Below the pieces are notes generated by a model. The model was given only the letters and a program-made list of their open reading frames with translations. It searched no databases and had not been told where the DNA came from. Below are positions 1-11,274 of a DNA stretch of 64,000 bases, piece after piece. Numbering within the stretch: the stretch's first letter is position 1; each line of letters starts with the position of its first letter. The position numbers were made by a program, and so were the translations under genes. Source of the stretch: Phoronis australis (taxonomy: Eukaryota > Animalia > Phoronida); assembly GCA_002633005.1 (NCBI GenBank), contig NMRA01000011.1, positions 1,833,275 through 1,897,274 of the forward strand. The letters run 5' to 3'.

Positions 1-860
1 CAACGAAATTTAATATCAACGCACGGATACATTGAAAGGAAAAATGCACCATTTATGCCAACAAACACATTCGCAAATATATAATTATTTAAAAAGAATA
101 CTGTTATAATGTATTCTATAGCAGAGTTTTAATTTCTGCTAACGATAAGGACCTGAAAAACAGTCTTTCCACAAAACTTTTCGGGAGCCTCAGTTCTAAC
201 TTTGTGCATGTATTCGTAACTGGGACAATTGCATCCTTTTTAGTGAACAATTTCGTCGCAACACAAACAACCACATCACGAGACAGTAGAAACATTCTGT
301 CCATATTTTTCAGAATCTTGTTGCTTGCTTGTTTTTGTGGTACTTATTTTACGTGTAGAAATCGTTCTTTAAGTTTCTAACTGCTCACCATCAACCTTTG
401 CATCACTTGTCGGCATTATATATGTGCCGTGACGATAATCAACGTCTGCCTGGTGTTCAACTAATGTGAAAACTAATAGTAACAAGACAAAATATTATGC
501 AACACAAATAAGCAAAGAGAACAATCGTCTGTTGGTTTTTTAATCTCATTATCGTGTTAAAATTTTCAGCTTCTAAAGAGTTTATGCAAAATGTTTGTTG
601 TAATCTGCATGTAATATTTATGTTTTCAGAGAACAAAATAGCTCCTGCCAAGGAAGGTAAGACTGATAATCTGTTGATAATTGACAACAACTAATAACAA
701 AGTAAGTAACAGACAAACGAACCTCATTTACGCCAACAATCTTTATAAGCTTCCAAATGGTCAGCCAATGCACCGTGACGCAACCGCACGTTTATATCAT
801 TATATCATTAGTGTTGAGGTACTTTTGTATTCCTTCAGACTACAAGGCGAAAACTTTATC
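1..860 (+). repeat. Tandem repeat unit 1 (partial) of a ~950-bp exon-carrying duplication
   Basis: Collinear similarity to 7685-8640, 8640-9060 and 9060-9645, e.g. aatttcgtcgcaacacaaacaaccacatcac recurs at ~249, ~8015 and ~8961, with a variant at ~9406. Confidence 0.9.
630..656 (+). CDS. 27-bp microexon, (E)NKIAPAKE, candidate N-terminal exon of the TMEM272-like gene
   Basis: tatgttttcAG|ag aac aaa ata gct cct gcc aag gaa g|GTAAGA: strong acceptor and donor, phase 1-1, in frame with the downstream exons. Confidence 0.6.
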
Positions 861-1242
861 GGTCGATTTCATAAAGGTGGTTTAAGGTTATAGCTGGTTT
901 AAACTGGTGTTAGATCATGTTTAAAGAAAATCTGCATTTTATAAAGGTGGTTTAACTTTAAGACCACTTGTCTAGTAAAACCTGGTTTCACTCCTGTTTA
1001 GACCTGGTCTAAATCAGTTTTCAATTCACCAACTAGGTCTATATTCCTTAGACCTGTATTGAGATCTTAAACCAGGTTTAATTTTAGACTTGGCCAGACC
1101 CAGGTTTAATACTGTTAAATATGTTAAACTTGCGTGACGTAGGTGCAACCGAATAATGCCGAGGTGTGCGTATACGACGCAGTTTTAAAGCGAGAATGGG
1201 CTATTTTCAATATTCAGTTTGACGACGACAAAAGATCAAACG

Positions 1243-1400
1243 CAGCCGGGGCGGATTTAGGATTTTTAAAGGGGGTGGGGTCAGTCATGGATTTTTTAAA
1301 AGGGAGGACCAAGTCGACAATGTTAAAATCATAGATTTGATATCACTAAAACCGAGGGAAAGGGGGGGCGGACCCTCTGACCCCTTGGATCCGCCTATGC
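1243..1400. mobile_element. Short GC-rich MITE
   Basis: ggggcggatttagg ... cttggatccgcctatg inverted ends with G/C tracts. Confidence 0.55.
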
Positions 1401-3300
1401 GTAAACCAGTACGCGTTAGAGAGAGTCCTTCGAAATCCTCGGGATACTAGTGATTGAGCAGGGCGTCATAGTCGTAAGCACTACGGGTTTGACTGACGAC
1501 AGCATCTTCTCATTCTTCTGATTGAGTTCCACCTACATTTGTATACTGGTCCCTGATTTAATGTTGCCGGGAAAGGGTCTTGCCCCCTCTTTGGTCACGA
1601 AAATAAAATAAAATAAACAATAAAATGACACGGAATTAAATTAAGGCATTCATCATGTTGCAGCTAATGGTGAGCATGTACTTTAACATTAGAAAAGGTT
1701 GCAGACCTTTTTCGCAAATGTTTGCACTGATTCTACTAGTGTGTGCCATTTTATACCTGCATGATCAAGGTTTCATTGAAGTACTTCAACTCTTTCTTTG
1801 TTGGGTTAAGCCAGATGGACACGATAGGGTGGCTTGGATATTTTAAACCTGGTTTTACTAAAGCCGCCTCCTTGTCTAACGAAAACAGGTTTTCAGAATT
1901 TTAAACCAGATTGGTGAAATGCAAATTAGGTTCAAAATTACACCAGGTTTACATGTAGGAAGACCAGGCAAAAAGTGATAAAGGATATGTCACGGATTTC
2001 TTCGATTGTTTGCATGATGGTAGGGGTTGGTGCCCCAACCTTCATACCCACATTATTTTTTGCATGCGCCACCTTGTGGTTGCTATGGGAACGTGTTGTT
2101 TTTCTGCCAATTCCAAGCCTTGTTACAGCTACATTTTGGCACTTTTTGCGAACTTACCTTGAGAATAAAAGTGCGAAATGAGACACTACAATTTTATCAC
2201 TTTATTAAGGTGTCTTTCAACTTGCCAGCCACAGAAAGTATCACAGATTCAGTTACATTTTAGCTGTTTTCGAAGGCTATAAATTTAGCTAGTTTGTGGT
2301 GATTTTGAAATGTTGAGAATTGCCCTATTTCCTGACTCAATATCTCAGTTTAAGCCAAATTTAAGACATCAAAACTACAACCAGTGTTTAGACTGATCTT
2401 AGCTCTACAAAATAAAACCACAAGTCTAGGCAATCACCCTTCTTCATACCGCATCGCACTCTAGAAGTAGGGTACCTCACCAAAATTGTACAACTGGCCA
2501 ATTTCTGCATAGTAACAAATGTATGCGAGGATTCAAAATACACTTTTGAAATCTTAATATAGGCACTCGAACTTACCAAATGCATATTTGGTACGGAAAC
2601 CACAAAGCTTTAATTTGGTTACTTGACAGAAAAGAATGAGAAGCACAACAAAGCACGTTGGTTTCCTTTGACCCAGACGATAACACTGCCAATATGTGCA
2701 AGAACTCACTTTTTCAAAATGCATTATGGTTGAGTAAAAAATCTATAAAGTACAAGTCTTCAGTTATACATAACTGCGAACTCGAATTCTGAAACTTTAA
2801 TGTGTGGGTCTGATTTTCTCAAAGTCGGATGACCGTGTCCCGACTCATGTCAATTCAACGAATTTAATTCTAGAATAAAAAAGCAATAATAGGCGTATTA
2901 GTCGGGAAGGAGACAACTGCATCTCTATATATCACCAAAAGTGAAGAAATCCGACAGAAGAGTAGTCATTCATAAAAAAGAGATATATTGAAACTGTATG
3001 GGATAGATGCTGTGAAATGAGGTTAGAAAAACTGATGATCGAATGACGGTGAAATTGGCGTTGTTTAGTAACTTTTCTTACGTTTGTCATTCTGGAAGGT
3101 TCCCGAACAGCCACGTCCAGATATGCATATGGATATCGGAATATTCTCTTCTCATGGATACCAATATTTTTTTGTTTTTACCCACAACGCATAGATGTAT
3201 TTGCGGAAGGTTCGTAGACATTTTCATCAAAAAACAGGAAATTGAGTATTTCACACGCAAAATGGCAAAAAATCAGTTCAGAGCTTTTTTGTCATATTTT

Positions 3301-3605
3301 CAGTGGCGGATTTAGGGAGGGGGCCAATGGGGCCATGCCCCCCCTAAAATTATCCCAGATTTCAATTGACAGTTCAGGGTGCGGATTGCTGACTAGCATA
3401 CATGTATGCGCGCACCCAGGGGGCTGGAGGGCGAATGCACAATGAATAGGCCTTGAACAAACCCCGTTTACATTTATTTTAGTAATAAGGTCCACAAACC
3501 CAAAACCCCTGCATCCCTACATTTCAGGCTGGGCGCCCGAAATTCTGGTTATTCCTGTGCCCTACCCCCACCCAAAATCAAACTCTTGCATGGATCCGCC
3601 CCTGA
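3301..3605. mobile_element. GC-rich MITE
   Basis: cagtggcggatttagggaggggg ... ggatccgcccctg termini with internal gggggcc/gcccccc tracts. Confidence 0.65.
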
Positions 3606-4180
3606 GTTTAGTATGTAATAATGCTCATTGATGGGTATGCAATGGTGTTTGGTGCTTACCATCAGTCAGACTTCAAAAATTCAGCAGTCTCGAGAATAAT
3701 ACATGTAGTGTCAGATAATTCATCAAAAAATCATAAGACAATGCATGTGCAGCAAAATGAAAATAAAATACACAGACATTCAGACTTCACATAGGTAATC
3801 TTGGGTAATCCGCAAAAAAGATTTTGGAACAAAGTTGAGCAATATTTAAAAACTCTCCTGGTTTAAATTATTGTTTATTGTGTTACACATAGAGGCCAAG
3901 GAGAGCAGGTTATACTGTACTTATGCAGTATAACGATAATACGAGAGCACAAAAGTAGTTAGAGAATAGTAATACTATACTGAGGCTGATATAGGACACA
4001 GGCAAATAAGACGCCATAAATCAAGTAAATAGAATAAATGTGGTCACATTTACAAAATGTACAATGAGACATATTTAGTCAGCACAGACTACACGTCACG
4101 AAATGGAAATAACATTTTGTCTGACTACTTTTGACATACTGTATTTCAAATGTCTCTGAGCCGTGTATACATGAAATGCG

Positions 4181-4598
4181 CTACTGCGGCAATTCTATTG
4201 ACTCAACAATCTTTTGTCGCAGTTCAAATCGATGATCGTCCTCAGCGATACTTTTCATTTCAAAGGCAACAAATTGTGAAACTTTCCCAGAACGATTGAG
4301 TGCTGCTAAACGGGAATAAATTAATCTGCTGAGGAGAGAGTCATTCTTCAAAACATGACTCTGACCAGGAGCAATACATTCACAGGATACAGATAATGCT
4401 TCTCTGGCTTTCTGTTTGTAACATTGCTTTGAGCTTTCGGCAGATTCATCAATGTCAGTTAGAAGCTGGGACCTAACAGGATTGACTCTTTCATAAGAGG
4501 CATCAGTGAGAAACTGATTCGACTCATGGATCTTTGGCAAAGGCCTGGGCAGCCAGAATCATGGTTGGTCCCCTTCTTCTCCACTTGAAAATTTTGCC
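4181..4598 (-). pseudogene. Transposase N-terminal exon relic, Sola3-like
   Basis: ERVNPVRSQLLTDIDESAESSKQCYKQKAREALSVSCECIAPGQS resembles the SPVRxQL...ASERTxRYYxRKA...IAPGQ block recalled from invertebrate Sola3-type transposases; splice acceptor at ~4600 on the minus strand; catalytic core absent. Confidence 0.5.
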
Positions 4599-5699
4599 TG
4601 TAAATAATACAATTATACGCAACTTAATCCGTAAACACAAGAATTATATTTTCCATAAACAGCCTTTCCCCTAAGAATTTATTTTCACCATTCAAAATAG
4701 CTTGGTAAGATGGCCACTCGCATTTGCGTGCAACCCTCGTTGTGTACAAGCAGCACTCAAAACCAAAGTGTCGTCAATATTAATCAAACTGTGAGTTCAC
4801 TGTTAAAACCTGGAAAACCATCCGTTTTAATATATAGCATTGCGATGGCTTTGAAAAGCCATAAAGTTAAGATAAGATCCAACACTCTTCATGCCAAGAT
4901 GCTGATTGAGAAAATTTTATGTTTTACATGATTTTCAGGCTAAAAGGAATACAATACATCTTCAATATTTTTAGCCAAATGCACCTTTCAAACTTTGCCT
5001 CACTGGTCACTAACGCAACCCGGAGTAACTTTGCAAAGTACTATAAACATCTTGTCATGACCAACGTGGAGTACCTAAGCTTTCATTACAAGCAGAGGAA
5101 TTTTCAAATGTTGACAGGTGTGCTGAAATAACTGGCACAGACCTAAACAGACTGTGCATTTATAAACGTAGTTCCTCCCCATAGACATAGTCCGAGGTCT
5201 GTTAACGTTATCCATTGACTCACAAGCTCTGGCCCAAACTCATAAAACATAACTTATGCACCCAAAAATCACAGTTCGTGGAGCCAAATCCGCTTTGACT
5301 GAGAGACACAGCTGACAGACAGTAAATACAGCATATACAAAGTGTCTTGTCGGCAAATACAAGGACAGTGTTACAGTCCATCTGTAGTGTTTCATAGCAG
5401 ATGAGTTTGTGAGCCAGTCCCCAGTTTTTGAGTCAATGTGCTGTTTACAACCAACGAGCCCTGTTTATATTTGAGGCAATGTGCGAGCCTTGTAGTTAGC
5501 CACTCCTGTAAGTATGGGTAATTTGCGCAGTAAAACTTCCGAGATGCAAAATCCGCTGAATACACGGCATTTTTAGTCGTCTACGAGGTTTATAATCAAC
5601 CACAATACAGCTGAAATAAAAATCTTCTACTACAACTACTGTTTTGCTATCATTAAATGCTGACAAGATGCACTTAATCCAGGAACAAGAATCTCAGAA

Positions 5700-6921
5700 A
5701 AGGTTTCGGGCAACAATACTCCAATTCATTAACTAACTGCTTCCCAGTACTCTTTCTGTGCTAAACTCAACATCAGTGGCTAACTTCTTTGGTGAACGCT
5801 TACAATTTCTGCATAGACTTGCAACAGAATTTTATGGAAAGTAGGCATAACACAACTCCCAATAGATTGCTGTATTTTGAATCCCAAAATGTTTTACCCC
5901 AGAGTTATTCTTGAAGTTGAATGCTTCAGATATTAGGGACCCCAACAGTGTTATTACTTTAGCTTTGTTAAATTAGGCCCCACTGTAATGGGGTTCCACT
6001 GCATATGTAGAAAATTATATATCTCTGGTTATACCAATACAGCAATGTGACCAATCAGAAGTGACAACAGGTGAATTAGATGAGAAATTGATGTCAGCTA
6101 GCTAGAAGACCAGGGCTCGATTAAATCTTTTGATAATGGACACCAAATTTCCACTTTTTACACATGCATATTCCTAAAATGGAGTGTATTTCGACAAACC
6201 CTAAGTGTTGAGAAAAAGAGAATGTTTTACTAATACAAGGCTGTAGTGGAAGTAGTTACTAAAATTACTCTAGTATTCAAGTGTCGCTATTAGTTCATGT
6301 AGGGTTGCGCCCTTTGTGGCTCTTTAAAATTTAATTGCTTCCTGGCAAGTCAGAATCTTGAGAAAGCAAAGAATATACTCAATTCATTATCAACAGGTAT
6401 AGAGCATTGATGACCTGCACTTGCATAACAACTTACCTGACCCAACTGGAATCGATACATACTGTTCTTCCAGAAATTCTTTGTTGACTGCATTTCAACT
6501 TACATTCCAAACTCAAGCTTGGCCTTGGGTTTAGAGCCTTTCTGATGTTGAAAGTGGGCACATATCTTACTTTTATTTGGCCTCCATCTGACTCCATGCT
6601 GAGCTTGATGATTTCAACAAACAGTCATTTCTGGGGGGTAAACTGTTGTAAACAAGCCCACTCAGACTCTGACAAGAATCAGATGCCACTTTCAGCACTG
6701 TCACTGAACTTGACTGGGTCGGTGACTTTAACATGTTTTAAATGGCTTGTTACGGACCTGCTCCAATCAGTTAGTGCTTCACTTGCTTTCTGCATGATTT
6801 CGATGTTCCTTTTTGAAGCTCCACAAATCAGATTTGAAGGATATAATGATGCCAACGAACACACTATATTATCTACTTCACTCACCTCAGCAGCCATTTT
6901 TTCTTCAGTGATATCAGACAC
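5700..6921 (-). pseudogene. Disrupted TE-internal coding relics (ORF 6679-6921; CxxC motif SLCRNCKR at ~5795-5825)
   Basis: Protein-like minus-strand segments with stops and frameshifts, bounded by splice-like sites, inside the TTAA element. Confidence 0.35.
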
Positions 6922-7684
6922 CTGAAGGGCTTTTCATCGAAATGGTAATTCACAATAAAAAGAATTCCAATTTTATTGAATTTTATTTGCTAGAAAACAA
7001 ACCCAAAATTTTAACAACCAATTGAGCCCTTTTAGATCTCAAAACTCAACATTTTCGATGACTAGTAGCTATTGTTACAAGTGCTCGCTTTGACTGAGGT
7101 GGCTTTGAACAGTTGCTCGTTACTATATTAAGACATGTGTTTGCCGGTGGTTTTGAAATCAATTATCTATTTTACTAAGATAGATCAAACTCTTCAAAGT
7201 GTAACATTTGGCTTCAGCTGAGATTGACTCATTCAAATCTGGGCAATTTTTTTCTTGTTTTTTGCTTGTATGACCCCATGACCCTTCAAACTCGAAATAT
7301 GGAATTAAAGGTGCAACTTGACACTTTTATTTTATCATTTTTACGAAGACAATAAGCGACTTTGTACCAAACAGTGTGTATTTCATGTTCGTGTAGCTTC
7401 TGTAATTACTTACAATGTCACAAAAACTGTGATTATCGGGGTGAGTTCTGATAGTGGTTTTCTGTGAGAACGGAGGTGCCAACTTTTAAGCTACCTAACG
7501 CGATAGAATTTGTTTAAAGTGCATTTTAGTAATTACCATAACAAAGTAAACAAAAATGCATAATATGATCCAAATCCGTCACATAGGGTGTATCACCACT
7601 GTATGGATTTTTGCCTGGTCTGAAGAGTACTGCACCCTTAAGTTGTCAACCTGGTTTTGTTAAACCACCTTTATGAAATCGGCT

Positions 7685-9645
7685 GCATATGTAGGCTACG
7701 AGAACAAAATATAAAAAGTCAATATAACATCTAAATTGAATATAAAGGTACATAAATGTATACATTGAAAAGAAAAATGAACCACTTACAGCTTATACAC
7801 CAACAAGCACATTCGCAATTATCAAGAATATGAAGTTTTTTAAAGTGAATACTGTTCTAATGTACAAAATTTGAAGCTATTCTAAATCAGAGTTTTATTT
7901 TCTGCAAACCATCAGGACCAGAATAACAGTCTTTCCACAAAACCATTCGGGAGCCTCAATTTTACCTTTGTGCATGTACTCGTAAATGGGACAATTGCTT
8001 CCTTTTTAGTGAATAATTTCGTCGCAACACAAACAACCACATCACGAGACAGGAGAAACATTCTGTGCATATTTTTCAAAAGTTTGTTGCTTCCATGTTT
8101 TTGTGGTACTTGCTTCAGGTGTAGATATTGTTTTCCAAGTTTTTAACCGCTCACCGCCAACCTTTGCATCTCTTGTTGTTAGGCATTTTACATAGGTGAC
8201 GAGAATGAACGCCTGTCTGGTGTTCAGCGAATGAAAAATCTAACAGCAACTGACAAAATGCTCCGTAGTACAAATAACTAAAGGGAAGAATCGTCTGTTG
8301 GTTTGTTTAATCTCATTAACTTGTTAGAGTGTTCAGCTACAAAAGAGTTTGGGCAAAATATTTGTTGTACTCTGCATGTAATAATTATGTTTTCAGAGAG
8401 TAAAGTAACACCTGCCACGGAAGGTAAGACTGACTGACTGTTAATATTTGACAATACCGAATAACAAAGTAAGTAACAGACAAACAAACCTCATTTACAC
8501 CAAAAATCCTTGTAAGCTTCCAACTGGTGAGCCAATACATCGTGATGTAACGGCGCGTTTATATCATTATATTCTAAGTGTTGTGGTACTATTGTATTCC
8601 ATCAGACTACAAGCCTAAAACTGTATACGTATGTGTAGGCTGCAATCACAATATGTAAATAGTTACAATTATCTAAATTGAATATTATCGTACATAAATG
8701 TACTCATTTAAAGTAACATTAATCATTTACAACATATACACCAAAAGTACATTCAAAATTATGAATATTTTGTATTTGTTTTAAGTGAATGCTGTTATAA
8801 TGTACAAAATTTGAAACCTCTCTAAGTCAGAGTTTGAGTTTTATTTTCTGCTAACGATAAGGACCTGAATTACAGTCGATGTGCAAAACTTTTCGAGAGC
8901 CGCAATTCTACCTCTGTGCATGTTTTCGTAACTCTTACAATTGCTTCCTTTTTCGTAAACAATTTCGTCGCAACACAAACAACCACATCACTAGACAGAA
9001 GAAACATTCAGTGCATATTTTTCAAAATCTTGTTGCTTGCATGTTTTAGTGGTACTTGAGACTACAAGACATGAACTTCATATGTAGATTGCGATAACAG
9101 TATATAAATAGTCAATATAACAATATCTATATCGACTACAAAGGCACATAAATGTATACATTGAAAGGAAATATGAAGCATTGCCAGTATACATAGCAAC
9201 TGGCATATTCGAAATTATAAAGAAGATGTAGTTGTTTAAAATGATTACTGTTGTAATGTACAAAATTTGAAGCTGTTCATTGTCCGAGTTACATATTCTT
9301 CTAACGATAGGGACCTGAATAACACTATTTCCACAAAACATTTTGGGTTCCTCATTTCTACGAATACATTCGTAACTGTGACGACTGCTTTCATTTTAGT
9401 GAACAATTTCGTCGCAACAAAGGCAATCACATCACGCAAGAATAAAAAATTATGTCCAGATATTTCCAAACCTTGTTGCTTGTATGTTTTTTTGGTATTT
9501 CTTTGAAGGGGGAAAATTGTTTTCCAAGTTTCTAACTGCTTACCACTAACCTTTGCATCACTTGTTGTTTGGCATTCTATATGTATGATGAGAATCAACG
9601 TCTGCCTGGCGCTCAACTAATGTAAAAAGTAACAGTAACTGTCGT
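7685..9645 (+). repeat. Tandem repeat units 2 (complete), 3 (internally deleted) and 4 (truncated)
   Basis: Three successive diverged copies of the unit at 1-860; copy 3 jumps from gtggtacttg to agactacaag at ~9058. Confidence 0.9.
8397..8423 (+). CDS. 27-bp microexon, (E)SKVTPATE, paralog of 630-656
   Basis: tatgttttcAG|ag agt aaa gta aca cct gcc acg gaa g|GTAAGA; same length, phase and splice sites as copy 1. Confidence 0.6.
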
Positions 9646-10077
9646 GAAACCAGTTTAAAATAGATCGTTACAAGGACGTGCCATGGAGTTGCAGATACCA
9701 ATTTCTTCCTCATTGGTGCCTTTTATGAGATGTCGTTTAGCTTTGTACTCATGTGATCGTTATTTTACTACGCATTTATCTGCCATATTTATCGTGTCCT
9801 CATCGTCAACAAAGAATCGCCATGAAATTTTATAGAAACTTAAGTTTGATTTTTCTGATCGCAAACTTATCATTAGTAAATCACTAAATAGTTGAAGATT
9901 GGTTGACTATAGATGTGTCTGCTGTTTATTTCCTCTGGTATTGTTTAAGATGAGTACAATGTCTTGTTATACAACTCTAGCATAAATTAGCTTGAAAGTA
10001 AAGTTCACCACATGGTGTTATTGCTGTTTGATGTGCATGAAATAGAGTTTTAAATGTTGCTGATTTTTTCATTTTAG

Positions 10078-10149
10078 CAACAAATTCAGCTGCGCCAACT
10101 GGAAACATTCACGAGGAAGACGAAGAAAAAGAAGAAGAAGAAAAGTGTG
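10078..10149 (+). CDS. 72-bp candidate exon (A)TNSAAPTGNIHEEDEEKEEEEKC(G), acidic N-terminal region
   Basis: ttttcattttAG acceptor, GTACGA donor, phase 1-1, purine-rich; joins in frame to 46568. Confidence 0.55.
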
Positions 10150-10314
10150 GTACGAGTAAATTCAAAATGTAACAAATCCGCTATCCGACGAAAACAAACT
10201 TTTGACCTGCACCACGAGCCGTAAAAATACTCTTCATCCAGTTCATAACAAATGTATAGACGCTGAGTTTGGCCAGTAATGAAATATATCAAATAAATAC
10301 AGAAAAATCAGAAA

Positions 10315-10387
10315 TCGCAACTGGGAATCGAACCACAGGTCTCTAGATTGCCGGTCACGTGTTCTCACCACTTAGATACTGAGGACC
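10315..10387 (-). repeat. tRNA-derived SINE-like head
   Basis: Minus strand ggtcctcagtatctaagtggtgagaa...ggttcgattccc with A- and B-box-like motifs; no acceptor stem. Confidence 0.55.
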
Positions 10388-11084
10388 CGAAATCTGTGCG
10401 ATTACTGTTTACAGCCAACTGTTAAGTCATACATCCCATGAGCGGGGTTTCGCCTTTTTCACAAGGGATTTGGACAATTATATATACAATCAGCAAATCC
10501 CCGTTCATAAAAGTTTGGCATATGGTGTTTAAGAATAATGTATCTTATACTGGACAACGCACTGATTTATAACAGGTTAATGAAGTGAAGCTGCACCCTG
10601 GGGTTTCGGCAACATGCCTCCTATAAGTCTGAATGGATTTCTTTAAAGCCTATCTTAAATGGTAACAATAGTTAATTTGGTTCCCAGATGTTGTTAAGAG
10701 CATTGCTCTGAGCCCACTTGTGTCATAAATTGTCAAATGTATCGAACTGTTAGGCGTATTAGCTTGCTTTTGCCTACGTCAATTAATGCGATCACCTTTC
10801 AATTCAAACAGCTGCCAATAACACCCCCACGCAATGGTGTCCTATTCAGATCCCTCTTCAATACAACTATGATCAGTTTTTTATTGTTTTCCAAGGAACT
10901 CACGGTGACGCAACATGGCCAGAAAAGGTACCTTCACCTATCATTTGACGGGCCTATATTTGCGTGATTGAATTCGCGTTATCTTACTTTGCTAAGGCTT
11001 TGGTAGGAACATCTAGTTGAGCCCAATCTAAAAATAACAAAATTCCGTCGAGGTTAGGCTTTAATTTTTTTTGGTCCCAATAAG

Positions 11085-11155
11085 TCTAGCTCAGTGGACC
11101 ATAGCGTCTAAACGATTACAAGGAAGTCTTCAGTTCAAAACCCGGTGGGGGCAGA
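11085..11155 (+). repeat. tRNA-derived head (degenerate)
   Basis: tagctcagtgg A-box ... agttcaaaaccc B-box-like. Confidence 0.45.
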
Positions 11156-11274
11156 AATCTTTTCAGAATTAACTATAGGTCACGTGACGTGACCAACGAA
11201 GTGGTTTTCAGAAGACTTATGATTCCCAGAAGCGTTTTGGAGAAGAGTGCAATAGGCATAGTATAAAAATTTCG

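Larger units (their letters stand above)
1961..7641 (-). mobile_element. TTAA-targeting DNA transposon relic (Sola3-like) nested in the Harbinger
   Basis: Right end ...ttgcctggtctgaagagtactgcaccc|TTAA; the left inverted copy agaccaggcaaaaa..gtgata..tatgtcacggattt lacks its outermost bases; minus-strand coding relics inside. Confidence 0.55.
861..7684 (+). mobile_element. PIF/Harbinger DNA transposon (degenerate) with nested insertions
   Basis: TIR ggtcgatttcataaaggtggtttaa (861-885) vs ttaaaccacctttatgaaatcggc (7660-7683); subterminal aaaccagg/cctggttt repeats; HARBI1-like peptide relics at ~1420-1760 (RNPRDTSD..HYGF, FNIRKG, LILLVCAILY). It interrupts the tandem unit at a site that is empty in copy 2 (~8620). 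Confidence 0.8.

Noticed and set aside
116-690. Minus-strand ORFs repeated in the tandem units (also 8278-8487 and 9245-9616)
   Set aside because: Frames and stops differ between copies; the similarity reflects DNA duplication, and only the + strand 27-bp exon has conserved splice signals.
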